Shown here one piece after another: positions 21,531 to 32,800 of a stretch of DNA of 33,799 nt; position 1 is the stretch's first letter; each line of letters begins with the position of its first letter. The notes under the pieces are model-generated. The model was not told the DNA's origin, made no database searches, and saw nothing but the letters and a program-made list of their open reading frames with translations. A program made the position numbers and the translations under genes. The stretch is from Nemertoderma westbladi (taxonomy: Eukaryota > Animalia > Xenacoelomorpha): NCBI GenBank assembly GCA_032718475.1, contig JAUCBJ010008131.1:1-33799 (forward strand), given 5' to 3'.

Positions 21531-21989
21531 AATAAATAATTATATTAACGGAATACAACGTCATTAATTTATGTTCATACGAGATTTTTACGACTTCAAA
21601 ACTTTACAAAGGAATAAATTGCCAGTATAACCTGAGCTGAGGTAACCGCGAACATTGTAAATATTAATTAAATTATTTTTAATAAGAGCTCTAATTTTTA
21701 TATAATTACCTGAGCATAGAAAATTCTTATAAATGCAATTAGAATTAATAAAACATTGCTGGAATTTTTTTATAATTTTCACTATAAATAATTAATAATA
21801 AATTCACAAAAAAAAACTGCAATAAATAGTAAACACAATAATTATGAATCATAAAACAATTTGGTTTATAACTTAACCGCGGAAATTAAAAATAGAAGCT
21901 AAATCGGTTGGCAGGCCAATCCATCAACAGTACAGACACGTTCGTGGGGCGTCGCGCAGCACGCTGAGTTCGTTGAGCAAGTTCGAAAC

Positions 21990-22210
21990 AAGTTCGAGAG
22001 GTATTTGCCCGTAACTTTCGAAAATATTGGAACTTTTTCTCTAGTATGCCCCTACTAAATTTGGTTGAAAATGGTTAAAATCTTTAAAAGTTATTTACGA
22101 ATGCGTTTTTCCTCAAAGACAGACAGACAAACGGACATAAAATTTTGCCCTATTTACTAATTATAATTGTGTGCTCAGGCTCGTCACCCTGACTGCGTGG
22201 CTCGCCCCAC
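21990..22210 (+). mobile_element. Helentron/HINE (DINE-1/Lep1-like) non-autonomous fragment
   Basis: Core AAATTTGGTTGAAAATGGTT...AAGTTAT, followed by the GACAGACAGACAAACGGACA microsatellite and a GC-rich 3' segment. Boundaries are approximate. Confidence 0.45.
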
Positions 22211-22334
22211 AGTTACTGATTTGTAGTTCCAGATTTAAACACATTTTGGATGAATTTCACATAAAAACAAACACGGCTATGAACAACACTGTGGAAAAAT
22301 ATAAATCGAGATGGGATGGGCCGTACTTAAAGCC

Positions 22335-23049
22335 CTGATTAATTAATTAAACACTGTGCAGCTGATTAATTAATTAAACACTGTGCAGCTGATTAATTAA
22401 TTAAGCACTGTGCAGCTGATTAATTAATTAAGCACTGTGCAGCTGATTAATTAATTAAGCACTGTGCAGCTGATTAATTAATTAAGCACTGTGCAGCTGA
22501 TTAATTAATTAAGCACTGTGCAGCTGATTAATTAATTAAGCACTGTGCAGCTGATTAATTAATTAAGCACTGTGCAGCTGATTAATTAATTAAGCACTGT
22601 GCAGCTGATTAATTAATTAAGCACTGTGCAGCTGATTAATTAATTAAGCACTGTGCAGCTGATTAATTAATTAAGCACTGTGCAGCTGATTAATTAATTA
22701 AGCACTGTGCAGCTGATTAATTAATTAAGCACTGTGCAGCTGATTAATTAATTAAGCACTGTGCAGCTGATTAATTAATTAAGCACTGTGCAGCTGATTA
22801 ATTAATTAAGCACTGTGCAGCTGATTAATTAATTAAGCACTGTGCAGCTGATTAATTAATTAAGCACTGTGCAGCTGATTAATTAATTAAGCACTGTGCA
22901 GCTGATTAATTAATTAAGCACTGTGCAGCTGATTAATTAATTAAACACTGTGCAGCTGATTAATTAATTAAGCACTGTGCAGCTGATTAATTAATTAAGC
23001 ACTGTGCAGCTGATTAATTAATTAAACACTGTGCAGCTGATTAATTAAT
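22335..23049. repeat. 27-bp minisatellite, 26 full copies plus a partial one
   Basis: Unit CTGATTAATTAATTAA(G/A)CACTGTGCAG at 22335+27k, with a degenerate tail to ~23087. Confidence 0.97.
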
Positions 23050-23814
23050 GATGCAGCTGATAAATTAAACACTGCAGCTAACACTGCCTTTCTGCTCAGA
23101 AGTTTTGTTAACCATTTATCCGTTTATTTGACCGTCTTATAAGTTTAGCACCAAATAAAATAATGACCGGCCATGTTTTATGTTACAAACAGTAATATCA
23201 AGCGAAATAATTAGTTTTTAGCACCACGTCAAAAAAGTGAAATATAGTTTACAAAAGCAATAATACAAACCACGTGCAGCTGTTTATGGGAATGGCGACA
23301 AAGCTAAGACCTCTACGAACATTTTTTACATTTCACGAAGCCGCATATTGTGACTATTTATTAATAGAAATTACTCATAAAAAAATTGCGCGATTTCTCC
23401 AAAAAATGTTTTGAATTCACTGGATTAGTAGACTGCCGCTACTATTTTGCATAATTCAGCACACGGCATAGTCTACTCGTCTACCACTTCCATATCATAA
23501 GATGGAAATAAATTCTGATAATTTAACCAAATTTAAAGCTTCAAATTAAATTACTAAGTTAAGAAGCCCCATACAGTACGTAACAAAACTACATTTATAT
23601 TTTATTTATATTATAAAATTAATCATAATTACTAAGACTGCAACATATATAACACTGCATTATCATAGAAGACATTCATTAATTGTAAATGTTATTCATG
23701 ATTTATAAAGTAAGTACTAAAATGTTGAATATACAAATAGGAATCCGATCCCCAAATATATTCACCAATAAATCACATTTTAAGTAGACTACAGTTGAAA
23801 TACCGACGTGCTAA

Positions 23815-26800
23815 CTAAATAGCGTACGCACCGGGTTTAGGGTCGCTGTGCACTGTCGGCACACTAAATGGTTCCGTCCACATCCGCCTGAGGTCGCCCT
23901 TGGCGTAGGCCATTATTATAAGGGGGAGGAGTGTAAAAGGGACGAGATATAGCAGGGCCGGCTGCGCCGACTTCGATAACTCGCTGCAGACAGTGGCCGT
24001 AATCAGTCCCAAGCAATAGCCAATCAGAGAGCAGTGGAAGTACCTAATCCTGGATATTGCACTTGTTGGAGGGACGACCGTTGATTGGTCGGTTCCCAAC
24101 GTGGAATTATCCAATGAGGTTTCGCGTTTTTGGCGGTCGTAACGGAATAAGAAACACAGTAGAAGCCCCGGCATTACAATATCCCCCAGACCCAGCATAT
24201 TGTAGTGGCCGGCGTTGTTAAAACTAGAAAATATAACAGAACCTGAATAAGATTAAGGAGGGGGGGGGGGGTATATATTATACGTAGATCATTATACGGT
24301 GCATCATTAGTCGTAGAAGTTGCTTTACTTACTAACGCGTTACTGCGACGGTCCATGTGGCTCCTAATCTTGATTTTCTCAGAGTTTCCGTTTCACTAAA
24401 TCGGCCAATGTTACTGTTACATCACTACAATGCCAGACCAGTTTAGTACAGAGCGTCCTCAATCGAATCGATCCATCAACACTCGTTACCCATTACAGTT
24501 ACGAAAAGTGAACAGTAAGTAAAATATTACCAGACAGTACCCACGGGTTGGTCTGTAAACGAACCTGGGAAACACTAATTTAGCCGGTAGACTCAGTTTG
24601 GGGCTGTCCCTCATTACCCCACGGAGGTTGAGTTTCTGTGCGAGAAAACCCAGAGGATTGGCGGCTTGGCGGGTCGCCACTCGAACCATAACGTTCGTCT
24701 TAAATACATATGAAGAAAAAAATACCTGTGGAAAAAATTCATTAAAGCGTGCAGGCAATAATAATTGATTCGATAACAATAAATCAATCAGATACGAAAA
24801 ACAATTTTTTTTTCTTAGAAATCGATGGGTTTTTTATGATTAACATTAATTTTGAGAAAAAAAAGCCATGAAAAAAGACAGAAGGCGGACATTAGCTAAC
24901 TCAACAAGCAACAAAACAACGATAAAGTAGTCAATCACCAATATTAGCTAATAAAATAAGCTAATCTATAAGCGAATCTTACCCAGAATATATCGTAGAT
25001 TAGAAGACCAAATAGTAACAGCGTCGATACTTTAAGACTTGGTAGACGGACATAAGCGATCATGGTCACACAAAGGCCAGTAGCCAAAGCTGCAAATGGA
25101 ATAGTATGTACCACCACCACACAGCTAATTAATAAAGAAGTTACAAAATCACAAAGAATAAAGGCGGAACTAGAAAACAAAAAGGAGATACTACCGACCG
25201 ACTCGGAACTGCAATATATTGTGTATAATAACTATAACCCTCACCCCTCACTATAGTTCTAATAATACAGTTGGCCCACATTATCCAAGCGCGACCAGTT
25301 TCGGACACTGTCTGCACAGGGCCAGACACATTCCTGCTCATTTATTCAAATAATTTAGAACGGGAGTGTTTATTGATACCGGCAGTGTATGCGGACTGGA
25401 AGCTGCAGAGCTTTTAGGGTAATCCTATATGTTATGTTGGACAATACCTTTATACCGGTACATTGTTTGGTGTATTTGTTATTGTTTTTACATAATGTAT
25501 AAATAAATCTATATCTGGATTACTTATCCGTGTCAGTGTGTCAGACAGTCAGGACGATTATGCGAGTAAATACGGTACATTATTTTCTCTCTCTGACAAC
25601 GCCGCTCCCGTTCCTCACGGCCTAAGATAAGTTACAGTGGAACGTGGGGAGTGAAGGAAGTTAGTAAGGGGAGAAGATTATTGTAGCCAGCTGTTAGTGT
25701 TCTACGTAGTACGACACGTACCGTCCATAAGCAACCAATGACCAGTAAGAACCCAGACTAAAACAATGCCCGACGACATAAGAAACGACAGCATCTCCGC
25801 GGGTGTGTGTCTCCCTAGATAGCCCAAGGAAACCTTCTGCTGATTGGATGTTACCATCGTAACAATCCGTTGGCATAGTGGTAGCAGTAGAAACGCAAAT
25901 GCTAAAGTGGCTAACCCTGGAATAAAATTTAAAATCATGACAACAAAAAGGAGTATACAATTAGTTTCATTATAGACATTATACAAAAATAGAACTGGAC
26001 GCGAATAGTTTTTTGATACAATATAAATCCATGTCAACCACATTTCATGGTTTGATTTCAATAAATCGAATCAACTTATTTTATCCGGGGTTCGGGGTTC
26101 GAGCAGAACAGAACACATGTCTATTTTAAGCCATAAGATATTCTTATAATTGTTTTAAGAAATTGCTAATAAATTGATACAAGACCAAAGAGAACTCGTA
26201 GAGCGCACCTAAATAAAAATGTTAAATAACACATACACAAACATGAACAGAAGTTTAAATACAGGCAAAACGGAAATATCATTTTGATACAAATATATAT
26301 ATAATAATTAATTAACAATAAGATGGTAGTAATTGGGCAGATATTATGTGACAATAATAAAAATAATTAATTTACATGATGATGTATAATAGTAAAAAGC
26401 ACAACGAATTATTTAATATACAATATGTTGTATTTCCTATATGCTATACAGTATGATGTCAATATGTATGAAAAAATATTTTAACGTTTATAATATAAAA
26501 GTTCGTGTGGCCCTGTGCGGATGCGAATGTCTTGTGCCAAACTCCGTACCGGTACCAACACATTCACACTACAATTATATGAATGTAACCCAAACTAACC
26601 AGCAATAATAATAGCAAATATCATCTGTAAGTGATCGAAGAATAGGAACATGATAAGCAGAGAAAGAGACGCACCCAGAGGCAATAGTAGTGCGTGGGAA
26701 AGGTTGAGGGTATGGACTCCGAAACCTACAGAGAACACAATATAAACCTGTTAAATGTATTGGAAAGGTTGAGGGAATGGACACAAAAACCTATAAACAC

Positions 26801-29800
26801 ACACAGACACACCAACTCTACAGCTCTTACCATCCTGGGTTTCTTTAACATCTTCTACTTGGGTATCCACTCCCGTAGATCTAAACGAACCGTATACTAT
26901 TAACGCCATTGCTATGGCAACTGTAGATACTCTGGATACATCCACAACGGAATACAACCTGTAATAATTCCAGAATTTAGGAATACGGCTAAATATACGG
27001 ACTTATTCTATCAGTAGGCCCTATTCCCTATTTAATATTCATGTCGTGTCAGTATGTATGTAGGTGTAGGAGGCGTATGTAACTGCGGTAGTTCTAATGT
27101 AGTAATTAAATAAAGCTGTTATAGCTTTCTCATTTTTTCCATTTCTGAACAACTTATTATAATATAATGTAGTACCGGTAATATAATGCAGTGTTTCTGT
27201 TCTGACAACATTACACACGAGAAACTTTTAAAATATTGTGATTATCTATATTAATATTTACATTATAAAGATTTGGCCTAATATTTACACAGAACAGCAT
27301 ACAGTTAGGGTAGGTTTCTTAAATATGAAGTTTTTTTTCTTCCTATATAGGAAAAAGTGCTTCCTATATAGGAAATTTTTGCCATTTTTCTGAACATTTT
27401 CTTCGTTATCTTTTTAAATAAATTTTAGCGGCATATTTGAATTCCTGGTTATTGGAGGATAATCTATACTACGTTTGTTGTGAAAACTAGAAAAAAAAAC
27501 TATCTGTGCGTTCGCTTTCTATAGCCATTTGAAAAACGTTACTTTTTCCGAGAATTTCTTATATTGGAAATATTTTTTGGACATCCTATTTAGGAGTTTA
27601 ACTTATTTCTTATTTAAAATATTTGATGTCTTAATTTTTCTTAATTAAGAAAAATTATGACTTGCCAATTCAATTTAAGACAATATTATTAATGTAGAGT
27701 GCGATAAAATACTGTAAACTTCGGAGCGCGAACTTTGTTCCTCATCATCATCATGTCTTGTGCTGCTAAGTCTTGTGGATATTGTATCGTCTTGGTTTGT
27801 TAGTAGTAGGGTCTTGGCCGGCTCTGCGACAGTTGGACCTCACTGACACCCATTGGGTGTCATATGACACCCAATTATCACCCTATGGGTGTCATTGGGT
27901 GTCATTGGCGCCAGACTGTCTGGGTGACACCTCCCAATTAGGCTAATTAGACCCTAATTGACAGGTGTCATCAATTAATTAGTACAATTAAACCCTAACA
28001 GGTGTCATATGACTCCTAATTAGGGTTTAATTGATTATCCTAATTAATCAGACTGATTAGCGCCCTGATACACAATGGGTCATCAGTGAGGTCCAACTGT
28101 CGCAGAGCCGGCTCAAGAGGGTGTCATAAGTGACACCGCAGCTCTTTTATTCATTAATATCTATTTATTTATATTTAATTTTAATTAATTATTTGCATTT
28201 TATTTTATTCGTATTTAATTCTAAATTAATTATTCATTTGTACTTTATGGGTATACAGCTCCCTTACTGGTAACTAATTACTCTTATCTATATCCAGACA
28301 GCTTTATCGTTGACCTTTGACCTTTGACCCCCCAATTAGCTTTAACCAAGCAACAGCATATTAATGATAGTTGTATCCAAGCGCCCCTGCCCCCACCCCG
28401 TGACAGCTCTGATTACTAATTACTCTTACCTATATCCAACCGCCTGCAGTTCCATAGTCTGCCGCTAGAGGGCGTATTATCTGAAAATTAACATCTTCTC
28501 TAACTTTGTTATTTTCAATTTAACTATTTATTTATATTTAATTTTAATTAATTAATTGTACTTTATTTTACTTTATTTATTCATTTGTACTTTATTTTAA
28601 ATTAATTAATTGTATATATTACTTTTACTTTATACATTGATTTTTAATTTTAGATTAATTAGTTTTTATATTACCAATGAGATCACTATGACATAATGTC
28701 TATATTTAGCTCTATGGTTTATAGATCCCTTATCGTTAACTTTATAATCTTTCCTCTCACGGCCCCTTTGTCTTCGTTATTCAATGGCGCCACTCTGCCT
28801 ACCATTAAATAACATTGGGCATTCATTATCTCGCCTGATGTGACGTCATCAAAGCTGCTCTCTGATTGGTTTAATTATACAGTCTTTTCTCCCTCCTGTT
28901 CCCTGATTGGCTAACCCATTCTAGCCCCCTCTATAATAGCCCCCCCCCCGTTCACCACATTCCCAATCATTGTCTCTTTGTTTTCCTGAAAAGTTTTAAT
29001 TATTTTCGTAAAAGTATTTATTTATTTTTATTTCCTAAACGAGTTACCGGTACACAATCACGATGGCACATTCAGAAATCAGCTATTCAGGCAACGATCT
29101 GGTTTGCAACGAAAATCAGTTTATGCTACAAGACAACTCGTTTGGTCTATATTTCGATCCGGCGAACAAACTCTTCCCGTTAACGATAAATACAACATTA
29201 AACCAACCCATCCCGATTCCGGCAAACTACGCGCACTTTATTTTCCGCGCCTGCTACGAACTTCACGATGGACAATATCAAACCCTCGACGATAATAAAC
29301 TTCATTCCTCCAACCACGGTTTCAAACTTTTAAAAAGGGCCAACAAAATAACGTTCAATCTAACTACTTCGCCCGAAACGTTTACGATTCCAACTAGTAT
29401 AGTCGATTTTATTCGAAAAAACATCAACCAAGATGTGGCAAATCGTCTACTGGGTTTAACCACTCTCGTAACCTCATTCTTCTCCGATGATCGCTTATTT
29501 GATTTTCATAGTATCGCAAACTCGATTCTTCTTCTCATCTGGAACTCGTCGACTCCGACCGAGGAAGAGGAGACTCGTTTCTTTAAACTTTTCGATAAGG
29601 ATGTTCTCGCTTTCGGCGAGAAATTGAATGAGCTCACATGCTTTTTCGCCAATAAAGTCTCCTATTACTTTGGATTCAATTATAGAGTTGGCACCTATGG
29701 AAGTATTAACCCAGTGAAACCACTCGAGTTAATAAAGATGGAAGACACTGTAAACAGTTCATGGATCACATTTTCAGTCGCCTGCGCCAATTTATTTCAA

Positions 29801-32800
29801 CAATATGTAAACATATGTCGCCCTTTTATTAATCCTACTACTCACCTTGTCCTAAAACCGGGCAATTGGGTTGCTTTTGACTATTGCACTTTTGGGTTTG
29901 TTACAAATATTCGGAACGAGCGCAATTTAGCAATCACCAATGGCTACGAGGTTGACGATGGAAAGGCTATTGTTTCTTCTAGGGGCATGATTCTTCTTAC
30001 ACCAACCGAGGTCGGCGAATTGAAATGGTTCGATTCAGCCATCGAGGATAGTGAATGTGTCTGCTACGATGAAGTTAACGTCTACAAAGACAACATTTTC
30101 GAGCGAATATCGATACAAAGTTGTATCAGTGACTCAGAAATTGATTTACAGATAACCGAGAGAAAATTTAACGAATCCTTTACTATAGCTAACACGATTC
30201 AAGCGCGCGAGGCTCTAATCAGATTCAAGGCTATGGCTATACAATTTGCTTTCAAACCGAAGCAGATTACGATCCCCAATCACCAGCGCAATCTCATAAA
30301 TAGCAGTATCGCAGCCTTTATCTATAAGTTCAAATCCGAAAAATATGTTGGTATCTGGCCCATTTTAATGAAAGACGAAGAGAATACCACTTTTCAGTTC
30401 ACCAACGGTCTCAATATTAAGGGGAGCGATTTTCTCACAATAAATATAACCAACCCACCCAACTCTCACTACTATCTCAGTCCTTACATTCATATCGAGA
30501 ACAAACCAACAGAAATGATATTCACCAATACGAAAAATACCAACACTATCACCCTGTCCAACGACTTTACCATCGCGCGCCTTTTCGAATTACTAAAATG
30601 TTCTCTCAGAGAAGGCATCTTTCTCCCGCAGCAAACACACCTTAATCTATTTCACCCCCCAAGAAAAGGTTATCTCAACAAACTATTAAAGAGAAAATTA
30701 TCGCAGCCATTAATAGTATCGGACCCTAAAAGGGTTAAACCAAACGTTACTCTCGGAGACCAGCAACCCTATTAATATAAACAGTCTCTATTTATTAAAA
30801 ACTGTTCTGACTATATCTTTTGTTATTGTTGATGTTCTTATATTATTTATTATTAATGTTGTTGGTAAATTATTTATCCGTTGTTGTTATATTATTTAAT
30901 ATTGATGTTGTCGGTAAATTATTTATTCTTGTTTCCCCATAATGTTTAAAAAATATAAGATGTTTAACCACCTATTTTTCATTTTTCTCTACTAGTTAAT
31001 CTATACTATGAGAGCGAGCCATGAAATAAGTGAGTCTCAGCATACCATTAATGACCCCTACTGCTTCTTCGTAATCAATTTGAATGTTAACCCCTAAATA
31101 AACAGCCAATCCCTATGAATTCTTTACAAACTCGATATGCAAGTTGTTTATCAGAGTTGATTTTAATTAAAATATATTATTTAGCGATTTTCGTGATTAA
31201 TGCTATAAATTATATTCACCAAAATGAAAATATCCACCCTATTACTCTATCCATCAAGCGATGCTTTGTATGTATTGATGGCGAGCAAAGTTTTCAGGGC
31301 GACCACCTCTAGGCTGTAAGTATACTGTTCTGCCCTATCATAGACACTCTGTCTTTTAGATGCTTCACTGTTAATATTAAGCCGTTAGCCATGGCGCCGC
31401 TGATAAGCCGCGAGGATATTCAAAGGCTTTGGTTTGATTGTTCGTACTATGGATAGTTCAATGAAATCATGAAAGGGAGGGCCGCATGGGTTGAAAGTGA
31501 TAGCCCCTCATCCTTATTTTCCCGAGAAATTCTTAAAGGCGACTATGAATAGAACAATGAAACATTAAAGGGAGGACCGCATATGTTGGGAATGATAGCC
31601 CTTCAACTGCCTTTTACCCAGATTTGTGTAAGATCGAGGGAGGATGTAGAGGAAAATATACTCATAGCTTTAATGCCCCATTTGATTAAAGTAGAGCAAA
31701 TTTAGCTTTCACCTAAGGGTTATCACTCCATGCGACTGCAAAATTTAAAACTCTATCTATGATGTATTCGCTATATTTCGTTTGATAACATTATTTCATC
31801 GCAAAATTAAAAGCATCTGCTATTACTATTATTATAGTATATTATCTAAACTAGTGACACTGAGTTGGAACAGATAGGATAATTGCACTTGTTATGTTTT
31901 AGATTAGTAGCTTTAATCATAATACTACCGGGCTATAAAATGTTGTACAAACATCGGGGAGGGTCATAATGACCCTGGTCGGGGGTAGGGAATCGAATCT
32001 ATGACAATCTGTATATCCTATTTTGTGTTTACTTTTTATATTTTCCGCGAAGCGAGGGCAAAAATTTAAATTTCCTGAAAATTTCTGAGTCTCAACATAC
32101 CATTAATGATCCCTATTGCTTCTTCGTAGTCAATTTGAATGTTAATCCCTAAATCCCTATATTTTTCATAAAAACCCTCAAAACTTTACAAATTTTGAAA
32201 AATCGGCTAATATAAAATGCCCCATAGTTTCAATAAAAATGGTACTCGAAATGTGAATACAATGCTTCCACTTCACCAAGGTGAAACCTTAACGAAAACT
32301 ATCCTGATCCACACTCGAGTTGTAAATACATTGCATCCACTTCACCAAGATGGAACATTTGTATTGTATTTAAGATTTATTTTCATGAGTCACATAATAA
32401 CCCCAATACTATCGGGCTATAAAATGTTGTACAAATACCGGGGGGAGGGTCATAATGACCCTGGTCGGGGATAGGGAATCGAATCTATGACAATCTGTAT
32501 ATCCTATTTTGTGTTTACTTTTTATATTTTCCGCGAAGCAACGGCAAACCTGAAAATTTCGCGGATAGAGAATTATAAATATATTTGGTGAGCATAGTGC
32601 TGCGCGAAGGCTCCATGGCAGATGTATTTTAGCTATGGACTCGTATATCCATTCTACTCTACTATAGCCAGACTGTCTTCGAGGTGCCCCGTTAGCCTTG
32701 GCGCCGCTAAATTTGCATGAGGGCCGGCCATGGTCTTATATGTAGTTCTTTCTCTAGCAATATAGCCCATGTCCGCAATGTTACGCCTGGGGGCTCTCTC

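Larger units (their letters stand above)
27802..31705 (+). mobile_element. Putative truncated Polinton/Maverick left end
   Basis: Begins AGTAGTAG, immediately followed by a ~300-bp fold-back, AT-rich duplicated spacers and intronless ORF(s). No polB, integrase, capsid or right TIR is in the window, so the family call is inferred and the right boundary is arbitrary. Confidence 0.45.

Noticed and set aside
22335-23049. CRISPR-like 27-bp repeats
   Set aside because: No spacers; it is a pure tandem minisatellite.
31053-31070. Right-hand Polinton terminus (GACCCCTACTGCT resembles the reverse complement of AGTAGTAGGGTC)
   Set aside because: The match is short and imperfect, has no inverted copy of the fold-back and no TTTGTT TSD, and belongs to a different local repeat.
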